Part shown: piece by piece, positions 56,273 through 64,000 of the stretch | Position numbering within the stretch: the first letter of the stretch is position 1 | How the letters are laid out: each line of letters opens with the position of its first letter | Assembly: GCA_050179935.1 (NCBI GenBank) | Contig: JBFXEQ010000004.1 | Coordinates: forward strand, 28,432-92,431 | Origin: Bacteroidales bacterium | GTDB lineage: Bacteria; Bacteroidota; Bacteroidia; Bacteroidales; UBA12077 | Length of the DNA stretch: 64,000 bases | Direction of reading: 5' to 3' | Position numbers and translations under genes: made by a program | The notes under the pieces: model-generated | Databases searched by the model: none | Told to the model about the DNA's origin: nothing | Seen by the model: the letters and a program-made list of their open reading frames with translations, nothing else

Positions 56273-56599
56273 TTATTCTTTTATCATAGTTAAAAGCATT
56301 TTAAACCTATCACTGGCTTTTACTGCATGCGTGTTATTTGCTGGCATAATGATTGATTGCCCTTGAGTAAGTTCATAGGTTTTTTTATTTATTATGATAG
56401 TTGCTTTGCCTTCGATTACCTGTACTAATGCATCAAATGGAGCTGTATGCTCACTTAACTCCTGCCCTTTGTCGAATGCAAATAAAGTGATATTACCTGT
56501 TGGTTTTTGAATAATACGCTTACTAACTATTCCATCAGTTGAATAATCAACCTTTTGACAAAAATCAAAAATATCGGAGGTATTTACTTTGTCGTTCAT
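56273..56599 (-). CDS. cupin-domain protein
   Basis: 108 aa from MNDKVNTSD. SEHTAPFDALVQVIEGKA...PANNTHAV cupin motifs. The track's longer form (to 56653) adds 18 low-complexity residues. Confidence 0.6.
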   Translation of the reverse strand: MNDKVNTSDIFDFCQKVDYSTDGIVSKRIIQKPTGNITLFAFDKGQELSEHTAPFDALVQVIEGKATIIINKKTYELTQGQSIIMPANNTHAVKASDRFKMLLTMIKE

Positions 56600-56738
56600 A
56601 CTATTTTTTAAGGTGATGTAGTAATTATACAATTTAATTAATTTAAAGTTCATTTATGGTTACATATTTTTGTTAAAACGGAAAAATTGGCTTATTTCAC
56701 ACCTTAATTAATTCTTATCTTATTAAAATAAATACTCC

Positions 56739-57605
56739 ATGAAAATGTTTGTTGCATTTTGGTTTGTTGTTTTTGTCTTTTTCTTTGGATTAATCCCTTT
56801 CTGGGTATTATACAGAATTGCTGATTTCATTTATTTTCTTTTATTTAAGATTTTTGGTTACCGAAAAAAAGTAATCATTAGCAACCTGAAAAAGGTTTTC
56901 CCTTTAAAATCAGAGAAAGAAATACAACAGATTTTATCGGCAGTTTATTTAAATCTTTCGGATGTTTTAATTGAAGGTATTAAGGGGTTTACTATGCTAC
57001 GTAAACAGGTAGTAAAACGTCATAAAATTACAAATCCTGAAATACTGGAATCAATTTACCAATCAGGCGTAAGTATTATAGGTGTTACCGGACATTACTG
57101 CAACTGGGAATGGGGAAGCTTATCGGCCAGCTTGCAAACGCAATATGAACCTGTGGCATTCTATAAGCCCCTTAGTAATAAATGGATTGATCGGTTTATG
57201 CACTGGAGCCGCTCAAAATACGGAACAAAACTAACATCAATATACGAAACCGCTGATACATTCAATAACAGACAGAACATAAAAAGTATATATTTAATGG
57301 CTGCAGATCAGAATCCTGCAAAAAAGAAGAAGTCGATATGGGTTGATTTTTTAGGGATTGATACCGCTTTTTTAGATGGACCTGAACGATATGCAAAAAA
57401 ATATAATTACCCGGTTGTTTACATGGATGTTCAAAGAAAAAAACGGGGATTTTATACCATTGAGCTTTCTATTATTACTTTAAATCCTTCGGAACTTCCT
57501 GATGGAGAAATAACTAAAAGATATGCAGCCAAACTCGAATCGGTTATTTTAAACGAACCAGGCAATTGGTTATGGTCGCATAAACGCTGGAAAATGAAAC
57601 GCTAA
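56739..57605 (+). CDS. LpxL/HtrB-family lysophospholipid (lipid A late) acyltransferase
   Basis: 288 aa. N-terminal TM and HYCNWEW (HX4D/E-like acyltransferase motif region). Confidence 0.7.
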   Translation: MKMFVAFWFVVFVFFFGLIPFWVLYRIADFIYFLLFKIFGYRKKVIISNLKKVFPLKSEKEIQQILSAVYLNLSDVLIEGIKGFTMLRKQVVKRHKITNPEILESIYQSGVSIIGVTGHYCNWEWGSLSASLQTQYEPVAFYKPLSNKWIDRFMHWSRSKYGTKLTSIYETADTFNNRQNIKSIYLMAADQNPAKKKKSIWVDFLGIDTAFLDGPERYAKKYNYPVVYMDVQRKKRGFYTIELSIITLNPSELPDGEITKRYAAKLESVILNEPGNWLWSHKRWKMKR

Positions 57606-57615
57606 GCCTTGGTTT

Positions 57616-59391
57616 TTAGGACAAATACATTTTTTCAATTTCAGACTGATATTTCTGCTCTATAACTTTGCGTTTTATTTTTAATGTATTGGTTAAGGCA
57701 TTATTTTCAATACTGAAATTTTCGGGGATCAGGGTAAATTTAACAACCTTCTCATACGAGGTTAGATCCGACTGATAACTTTCTATCTGTTCCTTAAAGA
57801 ATATAATGATCTTTTCATCTTTAACCACCTGAGTTGGGTCGGATACATTAATATTTAATTCGGCCATTATTACTTCCAAATTTTTAAATAACGGAACGAT
57901 CAGTGCTGTCATAAACTTTTTATTATCGCCAAAAACCACAACCTGTTCAATATACTTGCTCTGGCTAATCAATAATTCGAGTTTTTGAGGTGATACATAT
58001 TTGCCTACCGATGTTTTTATCATATCTTTTATTCTATCTGTCATCATAAGGTATTCGCCGTTAACCACAAAACCTTCATCCCCTGTTTTATACCAACCAT
58101 CAACAAGTACTTTGGCCGTTTCTTCCGGTTTATTATAATACCCTTTAAAAACAGTCTTTCCTTTAATCCAAATCTCTTTGTTTTCACTTATTTTAATTTC
58201 TACTTCGGACATTATGCTGCCTGTATAGTCGAAGTTGTAGGTATCTTTTTTAAAACACGAAACAGTTGCAGTTGTTTCTGTGGCTCCGTATCCGTAATTA
58301 ACAAATAAACCGGCGGCATGGAAGAATTTAAGTAGAGTTGGACTAATAGCAGAACCGGCGCAAGGTAACATTCTTACATCACCACCCAACACATTACGTA
58401 GTTTTTTAAAAACAAGTTTTTCAGCAATAGCATGTTTAAGGGTTAAACCAACTGGTGCTTTTTTTGCATCTTTTTTATACTCAATATATGCGTGACCAAT
58501 ATCAAATGCCCAATTAAAAAAACTTTTCTTAATTGATGGCCATTTTGAAACCTCCGCTATTATACCCTCATATGTTTTTTCATAGAAACGAGGTACAGTA
58601 CACATAACAGTTGGCTTTGCAATGGTCATTTCCTGAACTACTTCGCGTGGATTTTCGAGAAACACATTTATTAGGCCGTTATACAGCAAGAATAAGGTCC
58701 ATGTTCGTTCAAAAACATGACTCAAGGGCAAAAAGCATAATGAAACATCTGTAGGTTCCATTTGCAATCGCATTTCGTTTATTTTGAAAGCCTGTATAAA
58801 ATTATCGTGACCAAGCATTGCGCCTTTTGGTTCGCCTGTTGTTCCTGATGTATAAATAATTGTTGCAAGCTCATCGGGTTTGGCTTCTTCTAAAATACCT
58901 AATAAATCGGAAGGTGTGTATTTTGTTTTTAAAAACTCTGAATAACTGATAATTCTGGGGTCATTAATAACTAAACCCGAATCAAAAACAATAATTTTCT
59001 CTAGCGACTTGCAGTTTTCGAATAACCATGGAGCTTTATCAAGTTGATCTTTATTACCTATAAACAAGAGCCTCATTTGGGTTTCATCAACAATATATTT
59101 AACCTGATGTTCAGAGGATGTTGAATATAAAGGAACAACAACACCACGAATAGCCATGATTGCTAGATCGGTTATTACCCATTCATATCTGTTGGCAGAA
59201 AATATTCCGATCTTATCATTAAATCCAAAACCCAATGACAATAGTACATTAGATAAAGTATCTATCTGGGAACCAAGTTGATTCCAGCTTATCGATTTAT
59301 ATTTTAATGTGGATTTGTCTTTATACCTGAAAACTTCGCGGTCTCTGTATTTAGAAATCCGATCTCTTACGATCTTAACAACATGATCCAT
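57616..59391 (-). CDS. AMP-dependent long-chain fatty-acid--CoA ligase
   Basis: 591 aa. YTSGTTGEPKG and GWYKTGDEG. Confidence 0.8.
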   Translation of the reverse strand: MDHVVKIVRDRISKYRDREVFRYKDKSTLKYKSISWNQLGSQIDTLSNVLLSLGFGFNDKIGIFSANRYEWVITDLAIMAIRGVVVPLYSTSSEHQVKYIVDETQMRLLFIGNKDQLDKAPWLFENCKSLEKIIVFDSGLVINDPRIISYSEFLKTKYTPSDLLGILEEAKPDELATIIYTSGTTGEPKGAMLGHDNFIQAFKINEMRLQMEPTDVSLCFLPLSHVFERTWTLFLLYNGLINVFLENPREVVQEMTIAKPTVMCTVPRFYEKTYEGIIAEVSKWPSIKKSFFNWAFDIGHAYIEYKKDAKKAPVGLTLKHAIAEKLVFKKLRNVLGGDVRMLPCAGSAISPTLLKFFHAAGLFVNYGYGATETTATVSCFKKDTYNFDYTGSIMSEVEIKISENKEIWIKGKTVFKGYYNKPEETAKVLVDGWYKTGDEGFVVNGEYLMMTDRIKDMIKTSVGKYVSPQKLELLISQSKYIEQVVVFGDNKKFMTALIVPLFKNLEVIMAELNINVSDPTQVVKDEKIIIFFKEQIESYQSDLTSYEKVVKFTLIPENFSIENNALTNTLKIKRKVIEQKYQSEIEKMYLS

Positions 59392-59482
59392 ATTTCTTTC
59401 TTATTTTATCTAATTAAATTGGAAACCACAATTAAGCTTTTTTTTGGAATTAAAAAAACAACCTTAAAACTTTAATTAGATA

Positions 59483-60661
59483 TTATGCTAATTTTATTTT
59501 GGGGATCACTGGCATAACTCCTTCTAAATTAATTTTCTCAAACTCCCATTTATTGGCAATAAAATTCTTTACATACTCTGCATATTTGGTTCTGTAGAAA
59601 TCTAATTTAATATCAAAAACTACCTCTTGAACCGATTGTATTTTTTTTGCCTTAAACGCTTTTGATCCGGCAAATGCAAATCCCTCATCAAGATTACCAC
59701 GTGCAGCATTAAATAATGCCTGGGCTATGCAATAGGGAACATTTCTAAAATCGCATGATTTCAGACATTTCCACGAACATTTAAATGGTTTTGTATTGCC
59801 TGCATTAATCTGATTTATAAACTCATTTTTTATTGCTCTGCCGGGCAATCCTACAGGACTATTAATAATAACAATATCTTCTTCCTTGGCATTTATGTAT
59901 GCTTCTTTAAATTTAATAGATGCGTCGCATTCGTGAGTTGTTACGAACCTACTTCCCATTTTAACACCTTTAGCACCATGCTTCAAAATTTTATACATAT
60001 CTTCACCAGTGTAAACTCCACCACCAGCAATTACAGGTACTTCCTTATTAAATTGCTTTTCGAAAAAACTTATTTCATGAACCGTTTCTTCAATCAAATC
60101 GGATAGTGGTACTAACTCTTTCATTAATTCATCTTTTTTAAATCCTAAGTGTCCACCAGCCATTGGACCTTCAACCACTACAGCATCAGGAATATGATTA
60201 AAGTTTTTAGCCCAAAAAGAAAAAATTACTTTGGCTGCTTTTGCTGAAGATACTTTAGGGATAAATTTAGTTGAAATATTTTCAAATCCTCTTTCGGTAA
60301 CATATTTAGGCATTTTTAGCGGAAGACCAGCGCCAAGTATTACAACATCAATCTTCTCTTCCAAAGCAACAGTTAATAGCTCCTCATAATCAGTAACTGC
60401 AACCATTATATTTACACCCAATATACCTTTTGTTAAGCTCCTTGCTTTTTGAATTTCTTTTCGGAGTGCTCTTTTGTTCGCCTCTCTGTAATTTTTCATG
60501 TAATCAGGCTCGGTCATGCCAATCGCAACAGCAGAAATAACTCCAATACCCCCTGCATTTGCAACAGCAGATGCTAACCCTGATAAAGATATTGCAACTC
60601 CCATGCCTCCTTGTATTATAGGCAGTTTTGCTTCTAAATTACCAATTTTTAACGAATTCAT
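59483..60661 (-). CDS. nitronate monooxygenase / FabK-family FMN oxidoreductase
   Basis: 392 aa. TIM-barrel flavoenzyme pattern PIIQGGMGVAIS...VVEGPMAGGHLG...AGGGVYTG. Confidence 0.7.
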   Translation of the reverse strand: MNSLKIGNLEAKLPIIQGGMGVAISLSGLASAVANAGGIGVISAVAIGMTEPDYMKNYREANKRALRKEIQKARSLTKGILGVNIMVAVTDYEELLTVALEEKIDVVILGAGLPLKMPKYVTERGFENISTKFIPKVSSAKAAKVIFSFWAKNFNHIPDAVVVEGPMAGGHLGFKKDELMKELVPLSDLIEETVHEISFFEKQFNKEVPVIAGGGVYTGEDMYKILKHGAKGVKMGSRFVTTHECDASIKFKEAYINAKEEDIVIINSPVGLPGRAIKNEFINQINAGNTKPFKCSWKCLKSCDFRNVPYCIAQALFNAARGNLDEGFAFAGSKAFKAKKIQSVQEVVFDIKLDFYRTKYAEYVKNFIANKWEFEKINLEGVMPVIPKIKLA

Positions 60662-60817
60662 AATTGCTCATCATTTTAATTTACTGATGGCAAAAGTAAG
60701 TTCATCTCAACACGATTAATAGAAATAGGGTTTATTACCTTTTAAAAGGGCCAAAATAGTAGCAATAGGGGTAAAAAAATATTATACAGGGACGAAAAAA
60801 CGATTCGTGAGTGTGAA

Positions 60818-61654
60818 TTAAATTAGTTCTTTAAGCTTATATGCAAAATTTTTTGACACAGGAATAGAAAAATCGATTTTATCAAAAAACAATTTGTAGC
60901 CTTGAATACTGCCTTCGACTTTATCAATAAAATTTGTATTTATTAAAAATGATCGATGACATTTAAATATAAATTTATAATCGGCAAGAATATCTTCTGC
61001 TTTTTTAAGACTTGTCCTTACCATTTGGCTTTTAATCTGTTCGTTTTCTTTCCAAAAAATTTCAATATAATTATTGGCAGCACGAATAAATAGCAATAGA
61101 TTTATCTTAATTGAGAGACTATCTTTGGTATAATCTGATTTAAAATGCACTAATTGTTCGTCTTTCGATTTGTTTTCGTTAAGCTTTGTATTTATACCAT
61201 TTAATAACTTAACATGCGACCTCAGCATTCGGTTATAATTGATCGTTATTAATCCTGCAATTGGAACAACGGCAATAGCTATTAATTTAATTATTAAAGA
61301 AAAATCAATTTTGAATATACCTATTGCTTTGAAATACAAATAATATCCAACAGATATGGTCGAAAATATCCAGATATCCCATAAAATCTCTTTTTTAATA
61401 GTCCAAACACGTTTTAAAAAGATTTTAGGAAATAAGCTTGGAAACATTAATAAGTTTAAGCTTAACGATAAAAAGGTAACTACTCCAAGCCCAAGAATTA
61501 CAAAAACTTTTTGCCTGTTTGCTAAAGCACTCACATCGAGAGGTTGAAATAAATAAAGAAAACCAAAAATACCTAGGCAAATAAAAAATATAATCTTGCT
61601 GTTATGCTTCAGATCATCGTTGAAAGGGTATGGCTTATTTAAAAATTGAAACAT
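60818..61654 (-). CDS. membrane-anchored LytTR-domain DNA-binding protein
   Basis: 278 aa. Four N-terminal TM helices. The C-terminal LytTR-like region is IRAANNYIEIFW...FKCHRSFLINTNFIDKVEG. No receiver domain. Confidence 0.7.
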   Translation of the reverse strand: MFQFLNKPYPFNDDLKHNSKIIFFICLGIFGFLYLFQPLDVSALANRQKVFVILGLGVVTFLSLSLNLLMFPSLFPKIFLKRVWTIKKEILWDIWIFSTISVGYYLYFKAIGIFKIDFSLIIKLIAIAVVPIAGLITINYNRMLRSHVKLLNGINTKLNENKSKDEQLVHFKSDYTKDSLSIKINLLLFIRAANNYIEIFWKENEQIKSQMVRTSLKKAEDILADYKFIFKCHRSFLINTNFIDKVEGSIQGYKLFFDKIDFSIPVSKNFAYKLKELI

Positions 61655-61729
61655 AACAAAGTTTATTATTGAAGGTGCAAAATTAGACTATTTTTTTTGA
61701 TTTCTCTCCTTTTAATAACCTTATGAAAT

Positions 61730-62407
61730 CTATTTTGCAATCGTAATAAAATAGTTCCATAACGAATCCTGAGGAGGATTTGCCAAAATAGTAATTAGTT
61801 TTTTTGAAACAGGATGAATGAATTCAATCTTACGTGAATGCAAACTTATACCTCCATCTGCGTTTGAACGAGGAAATCCATATTTTAAATCCCCCTTTAT
61901 TGGACAACCAATTTTTGAAAGCTGACAGCGAATTTGATGATGACGACCTGTATGCAAATCTATTTCGAGTAAATGATAATTTTGTGCACTTGCAATTAAC
62001 TGATATGACAGACTTGCCGGTTTGGCATCTTTCTTCTCAGTATCGAATGCATACGATTTATTTTTTTGCTGATCTCTAACTATATAATGATTTAATGTAT
62101 CAGAAATTTTTGGAGGTTTTTCTTTTACGATTGCCCAATATACCTTTTTTATTTCCTTGCGCTGAAACATCTCATTTAATCGTGTTAACGCCTTTGATGT
62201 ACGTGCAAATAAAACAACCCCACTCACAGGGCGATCGATGCGATGTGTAACACCTAAAAAAACTTCCCCAGGCTTATTAAACTTAGCTTTTATATAATCC
62301 TTTACCTTATCTTCAAGCGATAAATCACCAGTTTTATCAACCTGTACAATATCCGAATTGGTTTTATTTACAGCTATTATATGATTATCCTCGAAAAGTA
62401 TTTCCAT
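61730..62407 (-). CDS. RluA-family pseudouridine synthase
   Basis: 225 aa. Catalytic motif HRIDRPVSG and GRHHQIR. Confidence 0.8.
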   Translation of the reverse strand: MEILFEDNHIIAVNKTNSDIVQVDKTGDLSLEDKVKDYIKAKFNKPGEVFLGVTHRIDRPVSGVVLFARTSKALTRLNEMFQRKEIKKVYWAIVKEKPPKISDTLNHYIVRDQQKNKSYAFDTEKKDAKPASLSYQLIASAQNYHLLEIDLHTGRHHQIRCQLSKIGCPIKGDLKYGFPRSNADGGISLHSRKIEFIHPVSKKLITILANPPQDSLWNYFITIAK

Positions 62408-62455
62408 GCTATTAATTATTCTGGCAAGAACTAAAAACTATACCTATTTAATAGA

Positions 62456-63271
62456 TTAATACTGTTCTTTCTCATTTGGGAAATCTCTTGTTTTCACATC
62501 TTTTATATATGTTTTCACCGATCCTTTAATTTCCTCAAAAAGATTATGATATCTACGTAAAAATCGTGGAGAAAACTCTTGTGTAATACCAAGCATATCG
62601 TGCAAAACAAGTACTTGTCCATCAACACCGGGACCTGCACCTATACCAATAACAGGTATTTTTAACTCACTGGCAACTCTTTCTGCTAGTTTGGCTGGTA
62701 TTTTTTCAAGAACAATTCCAAAGCAACCAGCTTCTTCGAGTATATGAGCATCTTCAATTAGTTTTTGAGCTTCAGCTTCTTCTCTTGCTCTAACAACATA
62801 AGTTCCAAATTTATGTATCGATTGAGGTGTTAAACCTAAATGGCCCATAACAGGAATACCAGCCGACAAAATTCGTTGAACAGATTCAAGAATCTCTTTT
62901 CCACCTTCAATTTTTACAGCATGACCACCTGTTTCTTTCATGATTCGTATTGCACTTGTAAGTGCTTCTTTTGAGTTTCCCTGATACGAACCAAAGGGTA
63001 AATCTACAACTACTAATGCTCTGCTAACTCCTCTAACAACAGATTTTGCATGATATATCATTTCGTCCATGGTAATTGGCAATGTAGTTTCATTACCGGC
63101 CATAACATTCGAAGCCGAATCACCAACCAATATTATATCAATCTCAGATTGATCAAGGATTCGTGCCATTGAATAATCATAAGCTGTAAGCATGGCTATT
63201 TTTTCACCACGATGTTTCATCTCATATAAAACATGAGTTGTAACTCTTTTTATTACCTGATGAACTGACAT
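62456..63271 (-). CDS. panB: 3-methyl-2-oxobutanoate hydroxymethyltransferase
   Basis: 271 aa from MSVHQV. MLTAYDY, LVGDS and VKIEGG. The 17-aa TTG-initiated extension in the track is unlikely to be real. Confidence 0.85.
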   Translation of the reverse strand: MSVHQVIKRVTTHVLYEMKHRGEKIAMLTAYDYSMARILDQSEIDIILVGDSASNVMAGNETTLPITMDEMIYHAKSVVRGVSRALVVVDLPFGSYQGNSKEALTSAIRIMKETGGHAVKIEGGKEILESVQRILSAGIPVMGHLGLTPQSIHKFGTYVVRAREEAEAQKLIEDAHILEEAGCFGIVLEKIPAKLAERVASELKIPVIGIGAGPGVDGQVLVLHDMLGITQEFSPRFLRRYHNLFEEIKGSVKTYIKDVKTRDFPNEKEQY

Positions 63272-63533
63272 ATTATTTCGAGTTTGGTTATAATCAGCAA
63301 AACTACAAATATATAATTTCAAATAGTCAAAAAATAAAAGATTCTTTGAATCAGGTTGATTTATAAAAGACTATTCTCAAAACTGTCTTTTTGTCATTAA
63401 AGAAATGCTAAAAAACTTTTTTATCAGACAATCTTTGTGTCATTATAGCATAAATCTTAAATGGCATAATGATTGATTAAATTGAAATGAACTTGAAAAT
63501 TTTAGAATATAAATACAATAAAACAATATTAAA

Positions 63534-64000
63534 ATGGCAAAAATAATTGGTATAGATTTAGGTACAACTAACTCATGTGTTGCTGTTATGGAGGGTAACG
63601 AGCCTGTTGTAATCCCAAATAACGAAGGACGTAGGACAACTCCTTCGGTAGTTGCTTTTGTTGAAAACGGTGAACGCAAAATTGGTGATCCTGCTAAACG
63701 TCAGGCAATTACAAATGCAACAAAAACTGTTTCATCTATAAAACGATTTATGGGTGAAGCATTTGACAAAGTACAAAAAGAAATGAACAGAGTATCGTTT
63801 AAAGTAGTTAAGGGCGATAATAATACTCCTCGAGTTCAGATTGACGACAGACAATATTCACCTCAGGAAATCTCGGCAATGGTTTTGCAAAAAATGAAAA
63901 AAACCGCTGAAGATTATCTTGGACACGAAGTAACTGAGGCTGTTATTACTGTTCCTGCATATTTCAATGACTCTCAGCGTCAGGCTACAAAAGAAGCTGG
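63534..64000 (+). CDS. dnaK: molecular chaperone DnaK (5' part; continues beyond the window)
   Basis: My translation is [42 protein letters not shown]...[19 protein letters not shown]. It is not in the ORF track because there is no stop in the window. Confidence 0.9.
   Translation, partial: MAKIIGIDLGTTNSCVAVMEGNEPVVIPNNEGRRTTPSVVAFVENGERKIGDPAKRQAITNATKTVSSIKRFMGEAFDKVQKEMNRVSFKVVKGDNNTPRVQIDDRQYSPQEISAMVLQKMKKTAEDYLGHEVTEAVITVPAYFNDSQRQATKEA

Noticed and set aside
25849-59391. The two acyl-CoA ligase genes (25849-27750 and 57616-59391) as a possible long DNA repeat
   Set aside because: Similarity is limited to protein-level family motifs. I see no nucleotide-level repeat, so these are ordinary paralogues.
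63323-63533. CIRCE operator or sigma-32-type heat-shock promoter upstream of dnaK
   Set aside because: No TTAGCACTC-N9-GAGTGCTAA inverted repeat is present. A CTTGAAA at 63492-63498 matches the E. coli sigma-32 -35 element. However, there is no CCCCAT-like -10 element, and it lies only 36 nt from the ATG.
1-64000. Defence island, toxin-antitoxin pair, prophage or secretion-system signatures
   Set aside because: No nuclease, helicase, methyltransferase, reverse transcriptase, Cas, phage structural or small two-gene toxin-like pairs are recognisable in any frame. The gene content is overwhelmingly core metabolism.

Overview
AT-rich chromosomal segment that looks like Bacteroidota. Supporting signs are recurrent TAnnTTTG -7 promoter boxes, almost no Shine-Dalgarno sites, many lipoprotein signals and a Reg_prop/YYY-type sensor. 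All calls come from reading the ORF translations and the DNA by eye; no searches were run.

I support about 57 protein genes, one tRNA(CAU), and several hairpin terminators and promoter boxes. Main gene content:
- A maltodextrin operon on the minus strand (1-7643): two GH13 enzymes, a GH65 maltose phosphorylase, beta-phosphoglucomutase and an MFS symporter.
- Peptide uptake and degradation genes: a POT transporter, PepD and Dcp.
- Housekeeping genes: nnr, ribBA, fmt, cdd, ilvE, panB and the 5' part of dnaK.
- LptF/G plus two glycosyltransferases, two acyl-CoA ligases and two tandem MFS paralogues.

I saw no integrase, transposase, CRISPR array, prophage or recognisable defence gene.

The most interesting regions are:
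1. 42.1-47.9 kb: a SiaB/SiaC-type partner-switch cassette with two PP2C (SpoIIE) phosphatases. It is divergently paired with a class III adenylate cyclase whose receiver domain lacks the phospho-acceptor Asp. This is a candidate phospho-switch controlling cAMP rather than c-di-GMP.
2. 51.7-55.5 kb: a lysine 2,3-aminomutase, two Ddl-like ATP-grasp ligases and a GNAT. This is a candidate pathway to an acetylated beta-lysine peptide or solute, with a strong intrinsic terminator inside the cluster.
3. 31.6-32.2 kb: a tRNA(CAU) flanked on both sides by degenerate copies of its own 3' and 5' ends.
4. Two GC-rich structured intergenic elements (11.24 kb and 16.77 kb) that stand out in an AT-rich genome.
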